From positions 9,176,001 to 9,240,000 of the forward strand of contig CM068759.1 of the NCBI GenBank assembly GCA_035084275.1: a stretch of 64,000 nucleotides of DNA, written 5' to 3'. This stretch comes from Hydrolagus colliei (Eukaryota). The stretch's first letter is position 1. Each line of letters starts with the position of its first letter. The translations under genes were made by a program, and so were the position numbers. A model generated the notes under the pieces. That model saw only the letters and a program-made list of their open reading frames with translations, ran no database searches and was not told the DNA's origin. This document shows positions 39,076 through 52,530 of this stretch, in pieces.

Positions 39076-40690
39076 GGCAACTTATTCACCCTATCACCAT
39101 GAACGCCACTAAACATTCAGTGAAATGCATAAAGACTTGTAACTAGGATCTCTCATTATTGGGGTTTTGATTATACCTGGATTTTGCACTTTGAGGATTA
39201 AGCTCCTCAATGTCATTTGAGTTGTGTCAGAAAATTCACATTATCTAGAATACCATAGGGTTTCCATTAGGGCAAATTCAATTCCTAAATAACAAAGGCA
39301 GGAAGCACACTTAAGACAAAAACTATTGAAGATGTATCAAAATCACAGACCTCAAAACCAAACTAAAGTATGACATTATTGGAATCTATTAAAAATTCAA
39401 TCCATCCAGTTTCTTTTGTTTTTCAAATCTGTGTTAGTATAAAAATCAATCTGGCATTAACATTCGCAAAGAGCACTAAAGTACCAGCATCAGTCAAACC
39501 CTCAGTTACATGCATGAGTGGACAGAGAGGATAAAAGCTGAATAGGATCCTAATGCAAAATACATAAGAAGTTGCACATCACTGCCACTGTCACCAACAA
39601 AGGAAAATAAGTCAATTTAATAGCAATCAGATTCCCCAACAGCACATCCCTGTAACCTGTCATTTTCTGCGTAACTTTATTAAAGCACTTACTCTGCTCT
39701 CTTCTTCAGGTTTGGGGTAGAGAATTATGACTGACTTGCTGATGCAGTTCAATATTTCACTTTGGGTTATGTCAAATATACAAATTAATGATGAATGGGT
39801 ATTCGTTGAAGCTTAATATGATATTTCCAAATACAAGCTCTTTTTTTAACCAGTGGCTACAAAACACAGGAATGTGAGACAGACTTTACTTACGGTCACC
39901 TCCCACTTACTAACCCCACCACTGCACAGTGAAAGGGAGCTTTATAAATGCAAGTTTGCTGTTGATTTCACATCCCTGGACACAATTAAAAACATCAGTA
40001 TAATAATAATAATTTTATACAGTGCCTCAACATTGTTGAGAGGTCTCAAAGCTTCCCAGAATATACTGTGAAGTGAATTTTATAGGTAAATCCCATTTGG
40101 AAGATCCGCATTAAAATCTATGTATTGCAGTATCAAATTACCTATCTGATTTTTGATGTTAATTCTATGAATTTAATTTTTCGTGTGTGATTAGGTGGGG
40201 TGGCGGCTGGGGAGATATCTGAATTTTATTCCAGTAATCTATTTACTTACCTCTCTTGGCTCAGAGATAATTGGCTGATGACTTGGAGTTTATGAAATCG
40301 ACTTCAATTGGTTGGCGTATCATCAGAGAGAAATTCCACACCTTAAAAGCCATCAGCTACTGTAATCAATCAGCAATTTATTATTTGCCGTGCTTTGTCA
40401 TAGCACTTGGAATATTTTCCCAACACAAAAAAAGGATTCCTTTTAAAGCGGGATAAACGGCAAGATCTTTATAAAGCCTGGTTAGGCCAATGGAGGTCAT
40501 ATAATATTTCACAAACCATGAGCAGACATAATTTAATAACGCTGGCAGAACACATGCTGAAATAGTTCAGATCAACATTGGGTCAGCCAAAATGATATAC
40601 GACAAACTGATCATGCACACTCTGCTTAATATGCTTCATTGCATTGTGTCATTTTCTGAATCATTAGAATATCTGTTACTGTTACGTTAT

Positions 40691-40985
40691 ATGTAGCTCA
40701 GTGGTAAGAGTACTCACCTTACAAGAGAAAAACTTGGGTTCGATTCCAGGCAGGGCGAACCCTTGGGTGAACTCCACACGCCTGCTAATAATCCTTAAAA
40801 AAACCCAATAATAAATTGATCATTTTAATCCACGACTATTTGTGGGACACTGTTATGCGCAATTGGCTGCTGCGTTTCAACCCACAAATTTACAGTCAAT
40901 TCACTTTACCGTATATTCTCTGAAGCGCTTTGAGACATCTGGAGGATGTGGAAAGCTCTATATTCAATGCAAGGATTATTTTTAT
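40691..40985 (+). mobile_element. Full-length SINE family A
   Basis: TAGCTCAGTGG, GGTTCGATTCC, conserved tail. Confidence 0.9.
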
Positions 40986-41334
40986 CCTTTTCAAGCAATA
41001 TACAGTACTGCACTGTTAACTTTGCTTTGACTGCAAATGTATACACTGTAAAATGGTCAAAGCTGGATATGTAAAGCATGGTATCACAGGAGATTCTTCA
41101 TAAGCTTCTATAAAGTTTACACTTCTCTTCCAACTAAAAGCTCTTCACCGCTAAAAAACATGTGATAGTTTGTGTTAACATTGATCAACGTACATAAGCT
41201 TACATAATTCATTCTGAATTTTGGAGGTGGTCGATTCAAGTAATTCAAAATAAATTCGGATTTAATGAATAAGCTTCCCCAAATGACTCTGTACGGATGT
41301 GGGCAATTGCAATATTGCTGCCTGAACTGCACTG

Positions 41335-41450
41335 ATAATAATCTTTGCATCATGATACAGCACCATTTGATAAGTTGTTGAACATTTCACAGAATATACT
41401 GTGAAGTGGAGAGACTGTATTTTGTTGGCAATACCCACAGGTTCATGGAA
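41335..41450 (-). mobile_element. SINE family A 3' fragment
   Basis: Reverse-complement tail. Confidence 0.75.
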
Positions 41451-41524
41451 ATAAAAGATGTTTATTGAGAGCCGTCGCTGCCTATTCAATAAAAATAACA
41501 GTTCAACTTGTTTTACTGCCAGTA

Positions 41525-41980
41525 ACAACAACCACAAAATTGTGTTTGTCTAGCGCTTTTCACTTCTGGAGGACACCCAAGGTGCTGAACAATCAGTCTT
41601 TTGGATCTGAACTGGGGATTGTAATTGGGGAGGGCAGGGATGGGAGGAGGGTGACCAAAGGTACTGTCGAACTGGAGGGTCTTGAGATCAGTTTTGAAGG
41701 GAGAAAGGGAGGGGGTGAGGGACTGCAGGATGGAGTTCCAGAAAGTGAGAGCAGAGAGGCAGAAGGCCCACCTGCTGATCGTGGGGTGGGTGAGGTGGGG
41801 GATGTGTAGCAGGCCAGAGCCTACCGAGCGGAGTGAGCAGAGGGAGTGGGCAGGTTGATAGGGGGTCAGGAGATTGCGGAGCTAGGGGAGAGCAAGGCCA
41901 TGAAGGGCTTTGTAGGTGACGACCATGATCTTGAACTGTATCTTCTGTGTGATGGGAAGCTAGTGGAGTCCGGCTTAGCA
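41525..41980 (-). mobile_element. L2 LINE 3' end (family B)
   Basis: Same 3' UTR and ORF2 end as the 8135 and 34137 copies. Confidence 0.9.
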
Positions 41981-42194
41981 ATGACTTAAGGTCATTTTTT
42001 TCTCAGTTGTTTCTGTTTTGCTTTTGCTCTGCTGTTATGCTGTTACATGTTTAGACAGATTATGTGATAGCAAAGGGTGGAGGGTAAGAATTCTTCATTT
42101 TCTTCCTGAAGATGAAACAATCATCAGTTGAGAAGAAGGGGGAGTTCTACAAGTGCACAAATAAACCCAATGTCAAATTGATTTCTTCACATGA

Positions 42195-42600
42195 GAAGAT
42201 AAGAATTGCTAGATAAAAGAAGACTAAGGTCCATCCAGTTCGCCCTCCACCATGCGGGTAATCACACCCACATGTCACATCCAGAACTGTACACGGTATC
42301 CTGAGATATTATTTCCAATGGAAATCTATCCAATTTGTTCTTGAAAGAATTGTTCCTGAATGGTTCGCCTTGCAACTTTCTCCCTCGGGAGTCTGTTCTA
42401 TATATTTACTACTTGTTCGCTGAAGTATTGTTTCTGCAGATTTGTTTCGAATTGAATTGTTCAATCGAAGGCCAAGTCTTCTGTTTCTACTGTTCAATAC
42501 AAGATAAAACAGCTTTTCATGGTCTACCTAAATTATCTAATCCCTTTGGAATTTTAAAGACCACAATTATCTCACCATCATATTCACAATTGCAATTGTT
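42195..42600 (-). mobile_element. CR1 LINE 3' end remnant
   Basis: ATAAGAATTGCTAGA...CCATCCAGTTCGCCCTCCACC shared with copies at 46820 and 20040; ORF2-end-like sequence follows. Confidence 0.6.
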
Positions 42601-43379
42601 TCAAATCTTTGAATCTTCTATTGATACGGAAGAACAACTGTAATTGTTCCCTCTTGCACCTCGGTCTCTTTGTAGCTGGTGATTGAGATGGCTGTAGCAT
42701 ATCTATTCTCTTCGAATCAATGCATGAGGGGCTGGCTGATTGCTCCTTGTTGATCTATTAAAGTGGTCTTGAGACATCCAGAGCATCACAATAAAGTAAT
42801 TCTTAAATTTTTCATTAACCTCATCTCATATAAAGGGAACATCATTGAAGAAAGATTTGAATGATGTGGCTCGCACATATTTTGTTCTCAAAGGCTGGCA
42901 ATTAAATCGCCTCTTGAAACTCTACGGAAGATGCTTTTAATAACTATTTGACAGTTTTATTTAACTGTCTGTTCCAGTCTGGTGGTTCACCTAGCAAATG
43001 GCTTTTTCCAAAACGTCCTCCTAGATTGATGGGCCTCTTTGCTCAATCTAAAGGTGCCTGTTCAGTTACCACAACTTGTTATTTCATTGCTTTGGGATGC
43101 CTCGTAATCTTTTAAAAACACATTTAACACTCCATTTGGTATTTCCATCTATACGTCTATATATATTTTAAAAAGGTTGAGATGTAAGATGTATAAAATA
43201 TTCAGTAACATTTGTGTGCTGGGAGTAGTGGTGGTGGGTTGTGGGGGTGGGGGGGTGGGAAGAAAGGGGCAAATTTTGACTATTGTGTGATAGAAATGCC
43301 CAGTAATACTACAGTGGATGATAATAATAATAATTATAATAATCCTTTCATTTGATATAGTGCCTTATCATCTCTTTTG

Positions 43380-43500
43380 TAAATCCATATAAATTACACC
43401 AACTGCACTCCCTTCATCCACCCTCTCCATTACTTCATCTCAGAATTCTATCAGGTTTGTTAGACAGGATTTGCCATTAACAAATTTGTGTTGGCTGTCC
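43380..43500 (-). mobile_element. CR1 LINE RT fragment
   Basis: Translates as DSQHKFVNGKSCLTNLIEF*DEVMERVDEGSAVGVIYMDL. Confidence 0.9.
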
Positions 43501-43607
43501 TAATAATAATAATCTTTGCATTTGATATAGCGCCCCATCATGTCTTCGAGATGTCTCAAAGCGCTTCACAGGATACACTGTAAAGTGTAGTCACTGTGTA
43601 TATTGCA
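43501..43607 (-). mobile_element. SINE family A 3' fragment
   Basis: TAATAATAATAATCTTTGCATTTGATATAGCGCC. Confidence 0.8.
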
Positions 43608-44427
43608 GGGTTTAGAAGGATGTGTAATTTCAGACACCGCCTTACCCATTTCAAGCATGGCATGCAGCTCACATAACCTGATAAATGTTCAGAAAGTGGT
43701 GAATCTATACTGCGGTGAAGGATGTGATGATGGAATTATTCTGATTGCCACCGTAGATCATACTTAGCGATGTATGAGCCTGTTGTCAATATTAACAGCT
43801 CCGCTATTTCTAGATGAAGAAAATGTGGCCAGTGTCCAAGGGTTGCAACGGTGAGGATACTTTTGGAAAAAAAGGTCAACGCGCTGACTACTCTCCGAAC
43901 ATTGGGAATTATTTTCATTTGCCGTTCACTGAAAAATAGAAGATGATAAATAAAGTTGTGGTGGTCAGCATTGAATTGAAATACTCTTTAGGTTTCTTTG
44001 GGTCTCTTTAGGTGTGGAAAACAATCATACAGACAAAAAATACAGTGGTGACAGTTTCTCTGGTTGATTTTCTATGAGTAGCCAAGCAGGTAAATCTTTG
44101 GCCCTGAATGTAAGACATGCATAATGTGGCGATGCACAAGGAATAGAAATGGCACGGTTAACATTAGAGATATGTCAGAATGTCCGGTGAGATTACACTC
44201 AATCGTGTTCAGGGGACGGATGGAGGGAGGGAGGGAGAGTGTTCTTACTCTGAGTCAATTATTCCTAAGTGTTTTACTGCAGTGGGGGCCAATTTAAATA
44301 GTAACATCATGTAAGTTATGTAAGGACATTTTGCTGCAAAGAGGATTGAAATGGTCCTAGAATCTTGCATTAGCATTTACATTCAGTGCTTTGAGATGCC
44401 ATTCTGAGAGGAAAGGTACTATACATA

Positions 44428-44515
44428 TGTAGCTCAGTGGTTAGAGTACATGTCTTGTGAGCGAGAGACCTGGGTTTGATTCCAGGCAGGGTGAAACCTT
44501 GAGCAAGTTTCCTTC
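44428..44515 (+). mobile_element. SINE family A head only
   Basis: TGTAGCTCAGTGGTTAGAG...GAGCAAGTTTCCTT. Confidence 0.8.
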
Positions 44516-44680
44516 AGCTGAGATATTGAACTGAGATCTTGTCTGCCTGTTCAGGTGGACATTGGAGATCCCATGACATTATTCAAAGAGAGAAGGAAGA
44601 TTCTTCCAGTGTCCAGGCCAATAATCCCCCAAATAAAATCGATTGTTTACTTTGTGGCTGCTGTGTTCACGATTGTAATG

Positions 44681-45037
44681 TAATAATAATAATGATCCTT
44701 TCATTTGAGGTAGCGCATTATAATACCTTCAAGACGTCTCAAAGTCCTTCACAGATATATACTGTGAAGTGAATTGACTGTATATTTTGTGGACGAAACG
44801 TGGCAGCCCACTGCGCACAACAGAGTCCCATAAATGGTTGAGGATTGAATGACCAATTTTTTTTTTGGTGGGGATAAGCAATCCGCTAATCAACTAACAA
44901 CTGGGTTCCTACTTACTGATAGTTAAACAGAGGTGTGTGGAGTAAGGAAACTTGCCCAAGATTTCACCCTGCCAGAAATCAAATCCATGTCCCTTGCTTG
45001 TGAGGCAAGTGCTCTAATGACTGAGGTACAGGAATCC
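44681..45037 (-). mobile_element. SINE family A, full length with ~50 bp internal insertion
   Basis: (TAA)n tail at left, head ending ...CTGAGGTACAGGA at right. Confidence 0.85.
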
Positions 45038-46096
45038 ATGAAGGTCCATGTACAGGAATCCATGAATGTCCTATGAAGCTCTTTGTAATGTCCTTCCAAC
45101 ATAAACACACGCTGTAACGCACGCAAGGATTATTACAAATCTCTCTTATTTTTGGTTGGTTACACATGCATTGGATGCAGCAAATGTATTATGTAAAATC
45201 ATTTCCTCAGTTAACTTGACAATGAAAAATGATCACCTTGGAGACAGGGAGTTATTTGTTACCTTCCAAGTTTCCTTTTAATTAATGAAAACATCACGGG
45301 GTGAAACAATACCTTATTCTCAACAACCACTACAAGCAATTACCAAAAGTAAATGATTTAATGTAATGGAATGTTTATCTTTGAATTAATATGAATGGGA
45401 GGGCTCCTTAGAGAATGGCAATGTCATTTTGGTGTTACTTTCAACCTAAACTGGAAACCGTGGCTGAGTTCATGAACGTAACTTACTTTCCCTTTCACAG
45501 AACGGCCAGGGGAATAAGGATACAGTGGTTTTTTCTTAATCGTCTAAGCTGTCGTCCATTTCATTTACATGTTTCGTTAATTGAAAAAATAATAATAGCC
45601 ATTCCTCAATTTCAGAGCTTCAATATCAATACACTTACACTGGGGATTCAATTTAGTTTCCATCACAAGATTTAAAATGAATTCGAACAATGAGAGGATT
45701 ATTTCCAGTGAGTAATTGACCACACTGGATGCACCTTGGGATGTCCTCCTGACTTGAAAGGCACTATACACACATAATATGGTTTAGTTGTTATTGTTAA
45801 TCCCAACCCCAGCCCCCTCCCCCCCATCCCCCTCTCCACCACCACATCTTGCAGACCAGGAAAGCTATGCATTCTGTGCTGCTTTACCTGATTTGGGGGA
45901 GCAGCGATTGAGAGCCCTGAAGTTGGCAGCAGCAGCGGTATTCTGGAGAGGGGGAATATTGACTACAGATCACACGTTGTCCAGTGTTCTCTCCTGGAAA
46001 ATGGTTGGATGCTGAAAGTGTCAGGTTCTGCTGTGGTTGTACAACCTATTGGCATCAGTGGCAAGGCTCACACATGAAGCATTTGCAATAAGGCAA

Positions 46097-46400
46097 GGAG
46101 TCCTGAGCACTCGCCTCACAAGCGAAAGAGCTGAGTTTGATTCCCAGCAGGGCGAAGCCTTGGGCATGTTTCCTTACACCACAAACCTGCTAATAATCCC
46201 TCAAGAAAAAAATCCAATAATAATTTGATCACTCAATCCACGACTGTTCATGGGGCACTGTTGTGCGCAATTGGCTACAGCGTTTTGACCACAAATTATG
46301 CAGTCAATTCATTTTACAATATACAGTATTCCGTGAAGTGCTTTGAGATGTCTAGAAGACGTGAAAAGCTCTCTGCCAAATGCAAGGATTATTATGATAT
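46097..46400 (+). mobile_element. SINE family A with A-box deletion
   Basis: GGAGTCCTG joined directly to AGCACTCGCC; core and tail intact. Confidence 0.85.
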
Positions 46401-46819
46401 TACAGGTTACATAATCCCAGTTTGGAACAAAAAACCCCAGTTTAAGTCAACACCTTCAAAAGAGGAGAGAAAATTGGAAAAACGTTACTTTCCTTTCCAA
46501 TATTTACACTGAAGAAATTCCCCCCAAAACCAGCATGAACTGCATTGCATTGCAGGAAATTATTGTTGTTCAACATGCTTGTGCAATGATACATAAAAAT
46601 TTGCATGATTTAAATTAGTGTATATGGAAACAGCAAACTGATTGAAATTAATTTGTTGTGTCATCATTCTCAAATGCTCTCCTTCAGTGTGGGTGTGGAC
46701 AATCGAGTCGATTTGTTTGAGGTGGTTTATTTCAGTTCAATCCCATCTCAAGTCGACTCCAGTGAACTTGAACCCGGACAGAAGTGCTAAGCTTTCTTGC
46801 AGATACGCCTGAGTAGTTC

Positions 46820-47150
46820 TAGAACATAAGAACATAAGCATTGCTGGAGAAAGAAGAGATCCATCCAGTTTGCCTTCCACCGTCCTGGCACATGTCATGT
46901 CCCAGACTATATACTGTATCTTGAGATCTTATTTCCTGACACAAATTTATCTACCTGTAATTTGTTTTTGAAAGAATCAACCCTTTCTGCTTCCACTGGC
47001 TCCCTAGGGAGCTTCATCCATATGTTTACTAGTCATTCACTAAAGTAGTGTTTTTGCAGATTTGTTCTGAGTTTATCCGCCTTCAACTGCAGGCCATGTC
47101 CTCTGGTTCTACTAGTAGGTTTATTTTTTATCATAGAGAAGAATACAGAG
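46820..47150 (-). mobile_element. CR1 LINE 3' end remnant
   Basis: AGAACATAAGAACATAAG terminal 8-mer repeat; similar to 42195-42600. Confidence 0.65.
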
Positions 47151-48099
47151 TATTTATTGGGCTGCAACTAAGAAACTTCAGTTTTGTTCAGCCCAATTGC
47201 ACTGACCAATTTTTTCTGATGGAGGGTTGGGGGACGGAAATGGGGAGAGAAATGAACTGAGGCCACTTGATTCTGTAATACATTCATTCCAGGGTTTTGC
47301 AAGGATCACTATAAGTATCTGCTGGTTGCCTACATAGTGAATATTAATGTGAATCAGTGCAAGTGGGGTCTCAGATAAAGGATGACAAACCTGAGTAATG
47401 GAACATCTTCCATTTTGCAACCAGTGAAAGTCGCGAGCACTTAGATAAGTCGTAGATCAACTGAACATTGCCGAGACAATTTTCTTCAACTCTAGCCACA
47501 CAACAATATACAGCTCCCGCTACATCAGGATGACATGTTCTTGCAATACAAATTCCACTTCACTCAGGGGGACAATTTAAGTGAGAGACCAAATTTACTA
47601 TGCCTTACGATGACCGGACGGCTCAGTTATTGCATCAACCTTTTAAAACTTAATTTGGCATTAGCATTGGTATGAATAATGTAAAACTAGAAAAGACGAT
47701 GGAACAAATCTATAGAGGAGCCTAGAAGCTGACTGCTTTTAAATTGAAATGACATTTCAGTCACTAGTCTTTAAATATTATGAAGGAACATCAAATCTGT
47801 ACACGATTTCTTGTTTAAGCAAAACCAAGCTGATATAATCCGACTCATTTCAGCACTTGATATTGGCTGCAGGAGGAATTCCACTAAACTGCAACATTCA
47901 TTGCAAAGGGTTTTCCCTTCAGGGTGCATATCCATGAAAGGGCATTTAATCATTTCTTGAGGTCACTGTGGCACCATACATATCATTTTTTTAAAGCTAT
48001 TTTAAGGCCTTTTCCTTATTTCTATCACATTAGGTCAACCCTCAGTGTCCAAGAGATATAATGAAGAGGCTGCGGAGGACATGGCATTGGATTTTAAAA

Positions 48100-48225
48100 T
48101 CTTGCAGCAGAGGAGGTCATTCAGCCCATCATGCCTTTGCCAGCTCTTTGAAAGAGTTATCCAATTAGTCCCACTCCCCTGCTCATTCCCCAAATCCTTG
48201 CAAATTTTTCCTTTTCAAGTAATAT
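48100..48225 (-). mobile_element. CR1 3' end, second subfamily
   Basis: GGAGGTCATTCAGCCCATC...GAAAGAGTTATCCAATTAGTCCCACTCCCCTGCTC. Confidence 0.55.
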
Positions 48226-49199
48226 AATGATGCATTTGATATAGTGCCTTATCATGTCTTTGATTCGTCTCAAAACATTTCCCAGAATATACTGTATAGT
48301 TAATTGACTGTATAGTTTGTGGACAAAAATATCCATTTCCCGTTTGATATTTATTGTTGAATCTGATTCCACCAACCTTTCAATCAGTGCTTTTAGACGT
48401 ATCAGTGCCTTGGCACTCTATAAATGTAATTTTGTTGTTGTTGTTGCTTATTTATACACTTATTTCTCATGTAGCTCATCTGACTCCCTGCCATGCAGGG
48501 TGTTGAACACCTTGTCTTGCCATTGCTGCTTTGGGACCCGGCCACTACATGACATACATAGTTACATGATGACTTGCTGTAACTTGCATGAGGACATGTC
48601 CAATGTTCTGTAATAATCAGGGTAAGTGCAGTAAGTAGGTAGTCTGTGATTAAATGTTATTTGTTCATTTTTTGTACGTCGCCAAACAAAAATATTTCAT
48701 AAGTACTGCAACCTGTTGATGTTTTCCAAAATAAGTTAAGTATGTAATAATTATAATGCATCTTAACTCTGGCTGACTGCAATAAATAACATGCACTTTG
48801 ATTAAATGTCTCTGTCAATGGTTTCAATATTCAATTAATGCAGAAGCTATTTACTGCCTGTAGCTTTTTGACAACCATGTGATCCCGTCAAAGAAAATTC
48901 AGAATATCTCCCCGTAGATCCGAGGCATAAACTCCATTTCCCACAAAGTCAAACGCTAAATTAAAGGGCAAACAAGTTTACCTCCTCTCCCTCCTCCTCC
49001 TCCTCCTCCTTACATTCCCACGGGTGTGCGGGTGGCACAGCTATGAGGAGGATACATTGGTCGAGATCAAGGCAGGTCACCAGGCAATTTGACTAAATTG
49101 CTCAGATTCAGGCATATGAGAAAAATGTGCCATTAAGCTCTAAGGTTTGGGTGCCGTTGCCAACGTATTAATGATTTAACTTTTTTTGATAGAATGAAA

Positions 49200-49700
49200 A
49201 ATTAAGGCCAGGATTCAAAATGACGTGCATGAAGTGACCTGGCCAGAGGTTGTGGGTCTTAAATTCATGTTGTTGGTTGAGTTAAGGACCAGATTGTGGG
49301 GAGCTGAGGAAGGGAAAGAGTTAAGAAAGTAAAGTGAAATGCTGATTTTGACGATTCTATAAAGTGACTGCATCCCATCTTATTGATAGTGGGAAAAGAG
49401 GTGTCACTAAGATGTTAAGCATGCGCTTGTTCTCTGACAGGAAGGAGTCAGAACTATCTGAGATAACTTAATCAGCTTTCTTAACATTCCAGGGGAAAAA
49501 AAACGCTTCTATTTTAGTCTCTCTCCTTCAGTTTAACCCCTTCAATCGAAGAAAGCTAAAAATAGGGTGGAAGCAAATGCACTCTGAATGGCATTAACTT
49601 ACACAGACCTTAGGTTTGAAAGTCGTTCACATAACATATTAACACAAAATACTGTAATACAAAATAACCGAATGACCTTGAAGTGCCAAATGGCGTTTTC
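49200..49700. promoter_or_regulatory. Candidate cardiac enhancer (T-box, GATA, TEAD, MEF2, NKX motifs)
   Basis: TGAAGTG 49230; AGGTGTCA 49399; CTATCT/AGATAA 49454-49466; CATTCCA 49485; CTAAAAATAG 49556; lies in a repeat-free stretch. Confidence 0.5.
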
Positions 49701-50579
49701 TCATTTCATAGATTCTTTTGTTCTTAAGTACCTGCCATGTCAAAAGCACTGGCAGTAACTCATCTGGCCATCAAATGGGTTAAAACATCTATCAATCATA
49801 AACTTCATAAGGCTTAAGGTAGTTTCCAAGTCGAGACCGACTGGACCCTGTTGAACATTCACCCATCACTTCAGCTCCAGTGGGAAAAAAAAGTTGCAAG
49901 GAGTATGATTTTCTCTCTACAATCTGTGGGCTTCAGTAATTCATTGTGACGATTTCCAAGCGATAGCTTCGGTTTAGCTTCTCGATCATAATAAATGGCA
50001 AGCGAAATTATAAACGCTAACTAAATACAACAAAAACAACACAACACAATAAAATTACATTGATAGACCGCCTTTCAAGTCGGGAGGACGTCCCAAGGCA
50101 CTGGACAAAATAGCTGCACAATGGTGCATGCTGTGCTGTCGATCTAGGCTGGTTTGAAATAACAGTGGGGACCAGGCAAGTTGCAAGTTCATGCCTTTTC
50201 ACCGTCATCATTAACTCTGCAATGAGAGCTGTTTTGGCTGACTGGGCACTACTGTAGGTTTCCATATTCCGTTAAATTGATGCTCATTTAACTGGACGGA
50301 GTATAGTTCAGCCAGATGGTGTCGACGTGGTGAACATAAACACTATTAATATGGCACTTATGCTGTATTCCCTTCCTATTGTGGAAGATCTTGGCTTTGT
50401 GTAAATTGATTCTTACCGCAGTGAAGTCTGTCAGCTCTTCAATGTGGCCCATACAACAGACCAAACAACAGACCTGGGTGCTTTACTGATCAGAATGAGA
50501 GTTCAATCAGTAATGAATGCTATTTGTGATATATTGAATAAACGTTTAGGGTTTCACAGCAATCTGGGAGGGCTGCAGC

Positions 50580-50932
50580 AATAAATAATAATCCTTACGT
50601 TTGATGTAGGGCCTTATCATGTCGTCGATATGTCTCAAAGTGCTTCACAGAATATACTATAATGTGAAATAACTGTATTTTGTGGACGAAACGTGACAGC
50701 CAATCGCACAATGAAGAACTTTAATTACAATTTAATGCACCAAAGCCAGATTGTCTGCTCTGACCAATATGTTTAGTTCTGAGGTTATGAGGTTCAAACC
50801 CTTTTTTTTCTTCACGTTTCACCCACAAAATACACAGTCAATCCATTTCACAATATATTCTGTAAAGCTTTTTGAGACGTCTCAATGATGTGATAATGTG
50901 CTATATTAAATGGAAGGAACTTTATTATTATA
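50580..50932. mobile_element. Inverted pair of SINE A 3' fragments (50580-50710 minus; 50815-50932 plus)
   Basis: Two ~120 bp arms in opposite orientation. Confidence 0.8.
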
Positions 50933-51315
50933 AAGCTACAATCTCCAGGGATGTTCAAGTCACTCTAACATTTTTATACTGCTCCCAAAATTATTTCATT
51001 ATGTTTCTTGGAGGAGCTCTGCTCTTCAGCGAGGAAGTGTGTGGCTTACAGTATTTGCCCTGACAGCCATGAACGAGCATTCATTGCTTGAAGTAAGCCA
51101 GCAACGACTGGGAATATCCACTGTCAAACGTATGTCAAATGGCTGCCAAAATTTCACCAAGACACTAATGGTTACATTAGAGATATAAAACTGCGGGGTC
51201 ACAACATAATCATGAATGGCTTTCAAGGGGAATGACATTCTCTCGCTTCCCTGTAACAGGTAAAACTCACAAATAACTCGCTGACTAAAGATAAACTAGA
51301 TTAGTAACCTGCGGG

Positions 51316-51540
51316 CAACAACAACAACAAAATTACACTTGTATAGCGCCTTTCACGTCAGCAGAACGTCCCAAGGTGCAGACCTGAGCTAGGGTCAGGA
51401 TTGGGGAGGGTGGAGGGAAGAGAGGGGAAGTGGGGTTGACCGATGGCACTGTTGAAGAGGAGGATCTTGAGGCGGGATTTGAAGGAGGCTAGGGAGGGGG
51501 CGAGGCAGAGGGATTGCGGGATGGAATTCCAGAGGTTGGA
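51316..51540 (-). mobile_element. L2 LINE 3' end (family B)
   Basis: LWNSIPQSLCLAPSLASFKSRLKILLF plus (CAA)n. Confidence 0.9.
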
Positions 51541-52374
51541 AGCAATATGTACATGGCAGTGAACTATGGGCAACTCTCTGATAATCAGATGATGTCATCA
51601 CTTCAATTGAATTATAATATTTTATCTCGTCCTAAGTAGTTATTTTGCATTGATCACGTTTGATCAACTTTACAAATACAGATAATATCCAGAGTCTGTT
51701 ACTGAAATATCAACTGCCTTAACCGATTTTCTTTTCCAAGATTTATATAAAAAAAACTGCATTAATGAGCGGATACAATAAAGCTAATTGAATGCTTTGG
51801 GTAACATGCAATCTAATTAGCAATCTGCAGTGCTGAAGGACAGACGGTGTAAGCGATCCATTGGTCATTTGTTGTAGTCCTGATAGAACGAAATGCATCA
51901 GCTCACACTGTCACCGAGCTACGTAAATTCACAGAACATTGCGTAAGGTAGGGCCCCATTCAGGGAACAATCACCTAATGGCTGGATATGATACGTTCCG
52001 AATATGCATTCAAATGGTACGCATTTAAATGCATTGTTTCACATTTCTTGCCAAGGCAAGGGTTCCAGCTAATGGGCACTGAATCTAGTCCTATCCTCTC
52101 ATAAAAGTACCGATAGTTTAGTGATGAAAACTTTGGTAACGATAACATTTTATAGAGTCAGTGATCATTCAAAGCCTTAGTGACTCCTTCAGTTGCTAAT
52201 ACTTATTTATGACGAACTTGAGGATCCCAGCAAATGCATGATAAAAAAAAGGAACTCATAAGCTCAAAAACATATCACCACAGAAATATGGTGCTGTTTC
52301 TTTCATCTACAATGTGTTGCATCAATGTTAGATTTTCTGTTACACGTTAAAACACAAATTACATAATAATAAAT

Positions 52375-52530
52375 TAAGAATAATCCTTGCCTTGGATATT
52401 GCAACCTCTCACTTCGCGAAAACGCTTCAAAGTGCTTCAAGGCATTTACTGTAAAGTGCAGTGACTGCGTGTTTTGCAGGCAGCCAAACATGGCAACCAA
52501 TTTGCACCTGGTAGTGTCCCACAAACAGTG
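52375..52530 (-). mobile_element. SINE family A 3' fragment
   Basis: Reverse-complement tail and core. Confidence 0.75.
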
